A stretch of DNA of 33,255 nt from Octopus bimaculoides (lineage: Eukaryota): NCBI RefSeq assembly GCF_001194135.2, contig NC_068981.1:184973866-185007120 (forward strand), written 5' to 3'. The notes under the pieces were generated by a model. That model was given only the letters and a program-made list of their open reading frames with translations, was not told the DNA's origin and ran no database searches. Positions 1 to 11,482 of this stretch are shown here, piece after piece (the stretch's first letter is position 1; each line of letters begins with the position of its first letter). Position numbers and translations under genes: made by a program.

Positions 1-32
<32 letters not shown>

Positions 33-75
33 TATATATATATATATAATATATGTACGTATATGCATATGCATA
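1..75. repeat. (TA)n microsatellite with TGCA interruptions
   Basis: Direct reading of the sequence. Confidence 0.95.
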
Positions 76-424
76 TATACCTGCATGCATGTACATGTTG
101 GTTGAAAACGGGCGACTGAAAGTAACATGACAGATATAATTACAGAAAGGCGGGAAAAAGAATATGTATATATATATGTATGTATGTATGTATGGATGTA
201 CGTGTGTGTGTATTAGAAAGCGAGGTAGAATAGACAAACTTAAGATGATAATGTAATGCTGTAATGATAATAATACTAATAATGATAATAATTATTATTC
301 TTTTAGAATAATAATAAAACAATTAAAAAAATCTAATTTTTTCTCTTTTTAACTTGGCATTAATTTGTTAGTACCTTGATTAGTAAATTACTGTATAAAA
401 CAATCAATTTATTTAGGCATTAGT

Positions 425-700
425 GTTGTGGGGTGTTAGTGGTGGTTGTGGTGGTGGGTGATGGATTTGATGGTGAGGTGGTGGTGGTGGTGGTTGTCCA
501 GGTGATGGTTGTGGTTGTCCAGGTGATTGTTGTGGTTGTCCAGGTGATGGTTGTGGCTGTCCAGGTGATGGTTGTAGTAGTGGTGTTAGTTGTGGTGGTG
601 ATGTATTTGTGACGGTTGTGGTGGTGGTGGTGGTGGTCGTCGTCGTCATGATGATGATGCTGCCGATGCCGATAATGATGATGATGATGAGAGGCGATGG
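425..700. repeat. (GGT)/(GAT)-rich low-complexity tract containing a 21-bp minisatellite
   Basis: Unit GGTGATGGTTGTGGTTGTCCA starts at 501, 522, 543 and (partial) 564. It explains the P/Q-rich ORF 413-649. Confidence 0.9.
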
Positions 701-1130
701 TGGTGTTTACAGAGGATGTAGATGTAGACGAGGAGGTGAGTATTTTAACAAATGAAGATAAAGCACTTTCACTGTAGATTCATTAAGAAGAAGAAAAAAA
801 ACTGGAAACACAAACAAAATTTAAAATAATAATAAAAAAATAAAATAAGAATAAAAACACAGAGAAGAGTGCGATAGATATAAATTTTCAGTTGATGTTA
901 AATGTCTGCTTAAAAACCAATGATTCTGGAGGAATTTATCGTCTCATAATGGAACCATTAGCTGTCTATATGGTTGTTGGCAGGCTTCGACTACTTAAGA
1001 AACGGTTTGGATGCTGCGTTTAATATAAATAGCTATTAGTGTCAATTTGAAAACTATTTCATTTGCTAAAAGATTAATAATACCAAGCGATCAGAAATTC
1101 AATGTTACTCGTTTGTTTAAAGTTGAAAAT

Positions 1131-1188
1131 AGTAATAATAATAATAATAACAATAATAATAATAATAATAATAATAACAATAATAATA

Positions 1189-1270
<82 letters not shown>

Positions 1271-1272
1271 CA
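1131..1272. repeat. (AAT)n followed head-to-head by (ATT)n
   Basis: AAT tract 1131-1187, spacer ATATTT, ATT tract 1194-1270. Confidence 0.95.
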
Positions 1273-1644
1273 TCATCAATGTCTTCCCCATCATCATCAT
1301 TGGTGTTATCATTATCATTTTTGCCATTATCATCTATGTTATTACGTCTCTCTCTCTCTCTCTCTCTCACTCTTTTTTTTTGTATATTTTTCTTCAGAAA
1401 TTGTATTTTCATCTTTCAATTCGTTGTTATTTTACTTTATTCTATCCCTACACCCCCTACCAATTTTACATTCCAACCCACGCCCCCCCCCCAGCCATCG
1501 CTTCCTTCACAGATCTGTGTTTTCTAAAACATCACTATTCATTCCTTGAATGGTAATCCATTCCACCAATAAACATTTGCGATTCAATGAATGTAGAAGG
1601 TAGAAGAGGATAGGTGTTATACCGAATTATATTGGAAAAACAAA

Positions 1645-1688
1645 ACCCGAAACAAAACAAAACAAAACAAAACAAAACAAAAAACAAC
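1645..1688. repeat. (AAAAC)n microsatellite
   Basis: Direct reading of the sequence. Confidence 0.9.
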
Positions 1689-1920
1689 GACCAAAAAACA
1701 AGTGAGGAAATGATACAGATATAGGGTTAGATAGATAGAGAGATAGACAAAGTGTGAGAGATATATAAATTGATACATAGATAGATAGATTGATGCTTGG
1801 ACAGATAGGAAGAAATATAGCGATGACAGAGAATAGGAGATAGGTACGTAAAAAAAGAGATTGACAGAGACAGAGTATAGTGGATATATATATATATATA
1901 TATATATAGATAGATAGATA

Positions 1921-2354
1921 GAGCGAGAGAGAGAGACAGACTTATGTAGAGTTAGATAGAAGCAGATAAATACATGAAGTAATGAATAGATAGAGAGAAA
2001 TATAGACAGAGGTAACAAAATTTTGACGAAAGAGGTATAGATAGATAAAGACAGAGATAGAGTATATGAGTTAGATAAGTAGGTAGATAGATAGATAAAT
2101 AGAGCGAGAGAGACAGAGAGAGACAGCCTGATGTAGAGTTAGATAGAAGCAGATAAATACATGGATTAATGAATAGACATAAATACAGACAGAGGTAAGA
2201 AAATGTTGACGAAAGATATATAGATAGATAAAGACATAGAGAGAGAGAGTATATGAGTTAAATAAGTAGGTAGATAGATAGATAAATAGAGCGAGAGAGA
2301 GAGAGAGAGAGAGAGAGACTTATGTAGAGTTAGATAGAAACAGATAGATACATT

Positions 2355-2355
<1 letters not shown>
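1921..2355 (+). repeat. ~185-bp tandem duplication (about 2.3 copies) in GATA/GA-rich DNA
   Basis: The unit start GAGCGAGAGA, followed by ATGTAGAGTTAGATAGAA, recurs at 1921, 2102 and 2289. Confidence 0.9.
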
Positions 2356-2412
<57 letters not shown>

Positions 2413-2668
2413 ATATAGGAAATAGAAATAGAAATATTGATGCATGGTTAGATAGAAAGGTAGAGATAGAAAGGGTATAGGAGCAAGGTAGAGAGATAGA
2501 TTGATGCATAGATAGAAATAAAGATAGATAGAGATGACAGAGAGGTAATATCCCAGAGAAAGAGAAAAATGTAAAGAATTTCCAAGAAGGAATGAGAATG
2601 TAAGAAAGGGACATAAAAAAAAGAGCCAGAGGATGAATATAAAGAGAGGAACGAGTAATTGCAAGAAG

Positions 2669-2760
<92 letters not shown>
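2356..2760. repeat. (GATA)n at 2356-2412 and (GA)n at 2669-2760
   Basis: Direct reading of the sequence. Confidence 0.95.
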
Positions 2761-2763
<3 letters not shown>

Positions 2764-3294
2764 GGAGTAAGCTGAGGAGAAGGGGAGTAAGCTGAGGACG
2801 GAAATAAAGAAGGATAAATAGAGATAGAGATAGAAAGAGTGGGTTTGAGAGGGAGTGAGGGAGAAAGAGGAGCAAATGAATTTGCTAAATTGTAAATTTG
2901 TTTAATGGCTTTACACACTTGTATAGCTTTCTGTGGATGCCTGTGTTTATTGATTGCATACACATACAACACTCACCGAGCGCATACATGGACATGGACA
3001 TACCTTGTATACATTGAATAAAAGCAAATATGCGTCTGGTGGCGCATACATGCATACAAATGTGGTGTACATGTAATTCACATATTAATTATATATTTAT
3101 GTGTATATATTTATGTATGCATGCATAATGAATGTATGTTATATATGTACATAGATGCGCACATACAGATGTAAACAGACACACAGATATATAAACACAT
3201 GTGTACGCCAGTCTGTCTCTATGTATGTGTGTATGTACGTATATATGTATATACGTACATATGTATATACATACATATGTATATATATATAATG

Positions 3295-3337
<43 letters not shown>

Positions 3338-3671
3338 NNNNNNNNNNNNNNNNNNNNNNNNNNNNNNNNNNNNNNNNNNNNNNNNNNNNNNNNNNNNNNN
3401 NNNNNNNNNNNNNNNNNNNNNNNNNNNNNNNNNNNNNNNNNNNNNNNNNNNNNNNNNNNNNNNNNNNNNNNNNNNNNNNNNNNNNNNNNNNNNNNNNNNN
3501 NNNNNNNNNNNNNNNNNNNNNNNNNNNNNNNNNNNNNNNNNNNNNNNNNNNNNNNNNNNNNNNNNNNNNNNNNNNNNNNNNNNNNNNNNNNNNNNNNNNN
3601 NNNNNNNNNNNNNNNNNNNNNNNNNNNNNNNNNNNNNNNNNNNNNNNNNNNNNNNNNNNNNNNNNNNTATA

Positions 3672-4326
3672 CTGGGGTTGGACAAAATAATGGAGACACT
3701 TTAAAATTTAAAACAAATTTATTTTAATATTAGGTAGGACTGTCTTTGGCAGTAATTACAGCTTGAATTCTACGAGGTATGGACTCATAGAAAGTTTGAA
3801 TTGTTTCCAAAGGAATTTTTGTCCATTCTTCAACTAAAACAATCTCTAGCCCTTGTGATGATAGTGGAGGGTATCAACTCCTTACTTGTTTTTCTAAAAA
3901 TGCACCATGAATGTTCAATAATATTGAAATCTGGGGACTGTGGTGGACAGATAAAATGTACAACTTCACTAGAATATTCCTTGTGCCATTCAGTAACAAC
4001 TTTAGCTGTGTGATTTGGTGCATTATCATCCTGAAAGATTGCGTTTCCCTCCGGAAACAGCTCCGCAACCATAGGATGAATTTGATCAGATAAAATGCTT
4101 AAATAGGCTTGACTATTAATTTTGCCATGACGGGAAACCATTGGGCCCGCGGATTTTTTCTGATGATATCTGAAAAGAAATACCAATACATATTAAGCAA
4201 GACATAGTAAGCAACACTAATAATAAATAAAAAAAAAAACATAAATAAGCTTTTGACGGTTTTATAGATATTTCAAAATTATGATGCTATGATGCTAGGT
4301 GCTTCCATTATCTTGTCAAACCCCTG
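3672..4326 (-). mobile_element. Internally deleted Tc1-superfamily DNA transposon (655 bp)
   Basis: TIRs are CTGGGGTTGGACAAAATAATGGAGACACT (3672-3700) and the reverse complement of 4298-4326, CAGGGGTTTGACAAGATAATGGAAGCACC (23/29 match). TA flanks both ends (3670-71, 4327-28). The element holds only the transposase C-terminal half. Confidence 0.93.
3830..4150 (-). pseudogene. Tc1-type DDE transposase C-terminal fragment (second D and E of the triad, 36-residue spacing)
   Basis: FQDDNAPNHTAKVVTEW...CPPQSPDFNIIEHSW matches the FQQDNAPxHT...WPxQSPDLNPIExxW motif. The N-terminus and first D are deleted. Confidence 0.93.
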
Positions 4327-4640
4327 TATATATATATACCGTTTGTTCATAACGAAGAAGACAAATGCATACAATACATGGTGTATAGCAGGCTGTTATA
4401 TTTATTCCAAATAAGCTCTCTGGCATGGATCCCAATTTCCCAAATATACAATGAATCAAGCACCCACGTTCCTTATGGAAAATGCATGTTTATCCTAGGT
4501 GGTGTCTGCTCTCTGCAGTTGTTCTTAACTAATGAAGGAGTAAGATTCAGGCATCGTCTTAGTTAAAGGCACCAGTTTAATAATGAAGTAATGATAAAGA
4601 TTCATGAGACTCATTATTAACAGAATATATATATATATCG

Positions 4641-4790
4641 TGGCACTCCGTCGGTTACAACGGCAAGGGTTCCAGCTGATTCAATCAACGGAACAGCCTG
4701 CTCGTGAAATTAACGTGCAAATGGTTGAGCACTTCACAGACACGTCTACCCTTAACGTAGTTCTCGGGGAGATTCAGCGTGACATAGCGT
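4641..4790 (-). mobile_element. 3' part of a tRNA-derived SINE (family D, same as 32246-32550)
   Basis: Its reverse complement aligns with 32400-32550 (e.g. GAGAACTACGTxAAGGGT...TTAATTTCACGA.CAGGCTGTTCC). Confidence 0.8.
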
Positions 4791-4807
4791 GTATATATAT
4801 ATACGTA

Positions 4808-5007
4808 CAGGATTGTCCAAAAGTAGGCTTACAGTTATCACATATGGAGTCTAGATTTCTTTTAAAACATTTTATTACATTTAAATCTTACAATTAACTA
4901 AATTAACATAGAATAATGATTTCATATTAATTCATAATTAAGATCTAAACTGTTAATATATGAATGCGAAAGAGATAGTTGAATAACTGTAAACCTACTT
5001 TTGGGCC
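4808..5007. mobile_element. Tc1/mariner-type MITE (~200 bp), right end eroded by (TCTA)n
   Basis: The inverted repeat CCAAAAGTAGGCTTACAGTTAT (4817-4838) matches the reverse complement of 4983-5004 at 21/22. The left end starts TA|CAGG. Confidence 0.75.
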
Positions 5008-5064
<57 letters not shown>

Positions 5065-5074
5065 ATATCTATCC

Positions 5075-5115
<41 letters not shown>

Positions 5116-5252
5116 NNNNNNNNNNNNNNNNNNNNNNNNNNNNNNNNNNNNNNNNNNNNNNNNNNNNNNNNNNNNNNNNNNNNNNNNNNNNNNNNNNNNN
5201 NNNNNNNNNNNNNNNNNNNNNNNNNNNNNNNNNNNNNNNNNNNNNNNNNNNN

Positions 5253-5310
<58 letters not shown>
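5008..5310. repeat. (TCTA)n, (CT)n, gap, (CA)n compound microsatellite
   Basis: Direct reading; N gap at 5116-5252. Confidence 0.95.
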
Positions 5311-5315
<5 letters not shown>

Positions 5316-5714
5316 TTACAATCTCGTTATTTGTAGAATCAACAAAAACATTACTTCGTACAGTGAGAAATAAATATTTAACACGCACAGTATTTAAATA
5401 CGCGTTCTTATTAGTCTCATGCTGTGGAAACAATAAGTCGGCAGATTCATATATCATGTCTCGTGGCACCAAGCAATTTTTCAGGCACAAATACACAATA
5501 TAGCTGGTCTTATTTGAGAAAACGAAGGACGTTGCCGTATAAGAAATAATGGGAAAAGAACAGGAGGTAGAATGCTAAATGTGAACTGAGAAAAAGTAGA
5601 GCGAAAAAAGTTGAAGAGAATGTAAAAGACAGAAGAAAAAAAAAACAAGTGTTGCCTTCTCTTCGTCTGTCGAAATCAAAATTCAAATGGATGATGTTCA
5701 AATCATAATACGTA

Positions 5715-5930
5715 ATCTTTTCTACTCTAGGCACAAGGCCCGAAATTTTTGGGGAGGGAGCCAGTCGATTAGATCAACCCCAGTACGCAACTGGTACTTA
5801 ATTTATCGATCCCGAAAAGATTACAAGCAAAGTCGACCTCGGCGGAATTCGAACTCAGAACGTAAAGACAGACGAAATACCGCTAAGCATTTCACTTCGG
5901 TGTGCTAACGTTTCTGCCAGATCACCGCCT
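5715..5930 (-). mobile_element. tRNA-derived SINE family C, full length
   Basis: The reverse complement begins AGGCGGTGATCTGGCAGAAACGTTAGCAC, has B-box-like GAGTTCGAATT, and matches copies at 14943 and 28191-28792. Confidence 0.85.
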
Positions 5931-5989
5931 TAATCATAATATATAACAGGTGTAGAACAATTCAACGGAGGTAGAGTTGTAGGCCAAAG

Positions 5990-6275
5990 TCAGTATGAAG
6001 TGGGTGGTGCCTTCCATTTCAACAAAATAAATTTGTCCATATGTTTACATTTACCAAAAATTTCGGTTCTGAAATTAAGTAAAGTGGTGGAAATCTTGGA
6101 ACTAAAAAAAAAATGAGATCTTTCTGCTGCACATAGCTTGCATCTCTTTGATCCATTTACATGTGATGTGGATCGCTCCACCATGCTGCACTTGATTGTG
6201 CTTATTGTGCAGTTGGTCTTCAGATCCCTGCATTGCTAACCAACTTCGTGGCTTTGTTCTTATCCATGTGTTCAG
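5990..6275 (-). pseudogene. Penelope-like element GIY-YIG endonuclease C-terminal fragment
   Basis: Translation DLKTNCTISTIKCSMVERSTSHVNGSKRCKLCAAE...LLNFRTEIFGKCKHMDKFIL matches the PLE C-terminal pattern LK...IKWSI......KCxLCxxE...LNxRxE...CxH. Confidence 0.8.
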
Positions 6276-6334
6276 AGAGAGGGGGAGTGAAAGAGAGAGA
6301 GAGAGGGAAAAAGTGAGAGGGAGAGGGAAAGAGT

Positions 6335-6382
<48 letters not shown>

Positions 6383-6465
6383 AAGAGAGGCAGACAGTTA
6401 GACAGGGAGAGACATACACATACACATACACATGCACATGCGCAAATACACACACACACACGCTC
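6276..6465. repeat. (GA)n/(CA)n microsatellite
   Basis: Direct reading of the sequence. Confidence 0.9.
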
Positions 6466-6750
6466 AGAGAATTTTACAACCGACAACACTAGGGAAAATG
6501 TTCAATATTAGAAAGTGTGCAATCATTCAGTATACAAGGAGTGACGTTGATTAAAATTACGAATGCTGTTACCTATAGGTTTATGTTTCCAATCCTCATA
6601 ATTATTTTTGGGCTTCCGAAGTTTCGTAAGATAAAATTATTGTAAAATATTAAATTGAAATTTAAAACGTTATTCTTTATACTACCAAACGTATTCATCT
6701 ACGATGGGTGATATGAGCAAGGTGCAAATCGAGACAATTTAAGTTGTAAT

Positions 6751-6912
6751 GTAGGAGTGGCTGTGTGGTAAGTAGCTTGCTTACCAACCACATAGTTCTG
6801 GGTTCAGTCCCATTGCATGGCACCTTGGGCAAGTGTCTTCTACTATAGCCTCGAGCCGATCAAAGCCTTGTGAGTGGATTTGGTAGACGGAAACTGAAAG
6901 AAGCCCGTCGTA
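6751..6912 (+). mobile_element. tRNA-derived SINE family A, 5' module (head plus CORE-like CCTTGGGCAAGTGTCTT), ending in a microsatellite
   Basis: GGAGTGGCTGTGTGGTAAG...GGTTCAGTCCC...GAAGCCCGTCGTATA, matching copies at 8813-8984, 16338 and 26260-26432. Confidence 0.88.
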
Positions 6913-7689
6913 TATATGTATATATATATATATATACGTGTGTGTGTGTGTGATATACTAAAGTCTTCTAAAAGCGTATATGAATAATTTATATTTACAT
7001 ACAGATACATTCTATGTATGTATGTATGTATGTATGTATGTATGTATGTATGTATGTATCTATGCATCTATCTATGTATCTATGGATGCGCGTGTGTATG
7101 TGTGTAGTGGTTTCTGTTTGCCGATAGCTAGCTAGGTATATATATATNNNNNNNNNNNNNNNNNNNNNNNNNNNNNNNNNNNNNNNNNNNNNNNNNNNNN
7201 NNNNNNNNNNNNNNNNNNNNNNNNNNNNNNNNNNNNNNNNNNNNNNNNNNNNNNNNNNNNNNNNNNNNNNNNNNNNNNNNNNNNNNNNNNNNNNNNNNNN
7301 NNNNNNNNNNNNNNNNNNNNNNNNNNNNNNNNNNNNNNNNNNNNNNNNNNNNNNNNNNNNNNNNNNNNNNNNNNNNNNNNNNNNNNNNNNNNNNNNNNNN
7401 NNNNNNNNNNNNNNNNNNNNNNNNNNNNNNNNNNNNNNNNNNNNNNNNNNNNNNNNNNNNNNNNNNNNNNNNNNNNNNNNNNNNNNNNNNNNNNNNNNNN
7501 NNNNNNNNNNNNNNNNNNNNNNNNNNNNNNNNNNNNNNNNNNNNNNNNNNNNNNNNNNNNNNNNNNNNNNNNNNNNNNNNNNNNNNNNNNNNNNNNNNNN
7601 NNNNNNNNNNNNNNNNNNNNNNNNNNNNNNNNNNNNNNNNNNNNNNNNNNNNNNNNNNNNNNNNNNNNNNNNNNNNNNNNNNNNNNNNN

Positions 7690-7742
<53 letters not shown>

Positions 7743-8049
7743 ATATATGTATGTATTCACACACACATATATGTGTATATATGTGTGGTGTTATATGTGT
7801 GTGTGCGTGTGCTTGTGTTGTTCTTGTGTTTGTGCATGTTTGTGCATGTTTGTGTGCATTGTTCATTATAAATGTATCTTAGCTTTCTTTTATCTTTCTT
7901 ATTTCTTATTCTTTCTTTCATACTTTTTTTAATTAAATATTTTTTGGGGTGGAATTTCAATTGCAAGAAATGAGTTTTAGTACTGATGAATAATAATTCC
8001 ATAATGCAAACAAAAGAAAAAAAGAAGGAAAATGTATTAGACGTTACTA

Positions 8050-8190
8050 CGTGGTATGAAGTTTGCCACATGTCGACCTTCATGAATTCGGCTTCAATCC
8101 CACTGTGTGGCAGTATCTTCTACTATACCGTGAAGCCGATGAAAGACTTGTGAGTCGAATTTATAGACCAAACTGAAAGAAATCCGTCGT
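8050..8190 (+). mobile_element. Degenerate SINE family A copy, tail-to-tail with the next element
   Basis: TCAATCCCACTG...TCTTCTACTATA...TTGTGAGT...AACTGAAAGAAATCCGTCGTA. Confidence 0.7.
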
Positions 8191-8191
8191 A

Positions 8192-8984
8192 TTTATTCTT
8201 TTATTCTTTTATTTGTTTCAGTCCTTTGACTTCGGCCATGCTGGAGCACCACCTTTAGTCGAGCAAATCGCGCCCCATCCCGGACTTATTCTTTGTAAGC
8301 CCAGTACTTATTCTATCGGTGTCTTTTGCCGAACCGCTGTGTTACGGGGACCTAAACACACCAACATCGGTTCTCAAGCGATGTTGGGGTTGGGGTTGGG
8401 GATAAATACAGACATACAAACATATATGTATATATATATATATATATATNNNNNNNNNNNNNNNNNNNNNNNNNNNNNNNNNNNNNNNNNNNNNNNNNNN
8501 NNNNNNNNNNNNNNNNNNNNNNNNNNNNNNNNNNNNNNNNNNNNNNNNNNNNNNNNNNNNNNNNNNNNNNNNNNNNNNNNNNNNNNNNNNNNNNNNNNNN
8601 NNNNNNNNNNNNNNNNNNNNNNNNNNNNNNNNNNNNNNNNNNNNNNNNNNNNNNNNNNNNNNNNNNNNNNNNNNNNNNNNNNNNNNNNNNNNNNNNNNNN
8701 NNNNNNNNNNNNNNNNNNNNNNNNNNNNNNNNNNNNNNNNNNNNNNNNNNNNNNNNNNNNNNNNNNNNNNNNNNNNNNNNNNNNNNNNNNNNNNNNNNNN
8801 NNNNNNTATATATATATATACGACGGACTTCTTTCAGTTTCCGTCTACCAAATCCACTCACAAGGTTTTGGTCGGCCCGAGGCTATAGCAGAAGACACTT
8901 GCCTAGGGTGGCACGCAGTGGAACTGAACCCGGAACCGTGTGGTTGGTAAGCAAACTACTTATCACACAACCACTCCTGCGCCT
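8192..8984 (-). mobile_element. Composite SINE: A module, internal (TA)n with gap, then B module and simple-repeat tail
   Basis: A module at 8813-8984 and B module at 8192-8420, in the same order and orientation as at 26025-26432. Confidence 0.85.
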
Positions 8985-9438
8985 GTATATACATAGGTCC
9001 CAGAGAACCCAGTAACCAACCAATCTGCTTTAATACACATTAAATCTAGCAGCCACTCAGAAATGGAGATACTAATTTTCGTACTTTATGTGTTTAACAC
9101 TTTATATAAGAGATCTGATATATAGTTTGAGAGATAGGTATCTTGGCGCACATCTAGTTATCGTGTAAAACAGCGCTTGTCTGAAGATGTCACAAGTGCT
9201 ATAATGACAAGGAACACATAACTTTCCCAAGAAACAAGTAAGGTCAAAGACAAGAGCAGGGAATATCATCAATTAAGCTTATGAGGAAGGAGAGAAACCG
9301 GTATCCACGATAAGGAAAAGCAGTCTCCGACAAAATGCCAAATCATAGGGTATGAAGGTGTAGGTACTTAGGTTGTCCAGAGAAATCTGAGACCGGATGT
9401 TCTTTTGATGCCAGAGGAAGCGAAGAAGATAATCTTAA

Positions 9439-9736
9439 CCCATTACCTCCCATAATTCTATTAACTGGAATTTCTTTTTATGAAACTTTGATTTCTAGCA
9501 TAAAACAGCCTTAGAAACACCCTGGAATGATCAAAATAACATTTCAAAATAACATTTCAAAATAACATTTTAAATAGAAATATGCGAGATATTGGGTGAA
9601 AAATTAGCAAACCTCATTTGAATATCAGAGAAATATACCTAGTAGTTATAGCAAAAATATGTGTAAATATAGACAGATAATTACGAAATTTGTAATTTTT
9701 AAGTGATCTCATATAAGATCACTGGTAGGTAATGGG
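9439..9736. mobile_element. piggyBac-type MITE (298 bp)
   Basis: TTAA|CCCATTACCTCCCA ... TGGTAGGTAATGGG|TTAA. The TTAA duplication is at 9435-38 and 9737-40, and the TIR matches 13/14 starting with CCC. Inside is a 13-bp repeat CAAAATAACATTT x3. Confidence 0.8.
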
Positions 9737-11420
9737 TTAACGGGAAGAAGGGTGCGATTAAATCTTGAATGTAAGATCGCCAAAAGCAAGAACTTTATGG
9801 AGGATTTCAGGGATGACAAGCAAGACCCTTGGCAGTCGAATTTGACGCTAGACGAGTTTTTATTTCTATGAAATATGAGATAAAGAGAGAAAGGCAATCA
9901 GTCGCAAGACTGGAAAAGCAGCAAATGGAGCCAATTGCTGGCTTTGGAGCAAAAGAGAAATGCTAAATTGCAAGCTAGTCAAGGCAGATGGCTTATTATC
10001 TGTCTGTCTGTTATGTCTCAAGCTACTGCTATCTAGCACCTTCGGATGATCTCTACTCAACCGCTACACGACGGCTACTCAACTGTCAGTCTACCGTCAG
10101 TCAACTCCTACCACGGTCAGACTACCTCTATTTACATGTCTTGGTCGAGCCTACTTCTTCGCTTGGGGGCGTCGACACAACACTGTCACTGACGTGCCGC
10201 AAACGGGAAGTGTTTTAGTTTAGGTCAGAACACTTAATGATCATTGTATGCTGTTTGAGGACATCAATACTTCTTGGTTATTTACACGTAAAGAGATTAA
10301 ACGAGAAGCATCTTTTCGATGTTATACTTGTTATATATATTTGTATGCATGTATATGCGTATGTGTAATATATATGTGTGTATGTGTTTATATGCATATA
10401 CATGCATTTATATTTATATATGTCTAAATACGCACACACAGCGACATATGTATATATATATATATNNNNNNNNNNNNNNNNNNNNNNNNNNNNNNNNNNN
10501 NNNNNNNNNNNNNNNNNNNNNNNNNNNNNNNNNNNNNNNNNNNNNNNNNNNNNNNNNNNNNNNNNNNNNNNNNNNNNNNNNNNNNNNNNNNNNNNNNNNN
10601 NNNNNNNNNNNNNNNNNNNNNNNNNNNNNNNNNNNNNNNNNNNNNNNNNNNNNNNNNNNNNNNNNNNNNNNNNNNNNNNNNNNNNNNNNNNNNNNNNNNN
10701 NNNNNNNNNNNNNNNNNNNNNNNNNNNNNNNNNNNNNNNNNNNNNNNNNNNNNNNNNNNNNNNNNNNNNNNNNNNNNNNNNNNNNNNNNNNNNNNNNNNN
10801 NNNNNNNNNNNNNNNNNNNNNNNNNNNNNNNNNNNNNNNNNNNNNNNNNNNNNNNNNNNNNNNNNNNNNNNNNNNNNNNNNNNNNNNNNNNNNNNNNNNN
10901 NNNNNNNNNNNNNNNNNNNNNNNNNNNNNNNNNNNNNNNNNNNNNNNNNNNNNNNNNNNNNNNNNNNNNNNNNNNNNNNNNNNNNNNNNNNNNNNNNNNN
11001 NNNNNNNNNNNNNNNNNNNNNNNNNNNNNNNNNNNNNNNNNNNNNNNNNNNNNNNNNNNNNNNNNNNNNNNNNNNNNNNNNNNNNNNNNNNNNNNNNNNN
11101 NNNNNNNNNNNNNNNNNNNNNNNNNNNNNNNNNNNNNNNNNNNNNNNNNNNNNNNNNNNNNNNNNNNNNNNNNNNNNNNNNNNNNNNNNNNNNNNNNNNN
11201 NNNNNNNNNNNNNNNNNNNNNNNNNNNNNNNNNNNNNNNNNNNNNNNNNNNNNNNNNNNNNNNNNNNNNNNNNNNNNNNNNNNNNNNNNNNNNNNNNNNN
11301 NNNNNNNNNNNNNNNNNNNNNNNNNNNNNNNNNNNNNNNNNNNNNNNNNNNNNNNNNNNNNNNNNNNNNNNNNNNNNNNNNNNNNNNNNNNNNNNNNNNN
11401 NNNNNNNNNNNNNNNNNNNN

Positions 11421-11482
<62 letters not shown>

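Noticed and set aside
640-741. Strong donor GAG|GTGAGT at 735/736 (also AAGAG|GTGAGT at 30051/30052 and a strong acceptor at 31109/31110)
   Set aside because: No convincing coding exon could be built, and isolated splice-like sites are common in such DNA.
140-3704. Long ORFs rich in I/Y/L/S/N/T or X, here and around every gap
   Set aside because: They are translations of microsatellites or N runs, not genes.
8384-8401. (TTGGGG)3 telomere-like / G-quadruplex motif
   Set aside because: There are only three G-tracts, and it is a local expansion of the G-run seen in the other SINE copy.
9176-9240. CTGAAGA followed by a TGTCA/TGACA hairpin (hammerhead-like)
   Set aside because: There is no GAAA directly after the stem (AGGAAC) and no stem III/UH arrangement.
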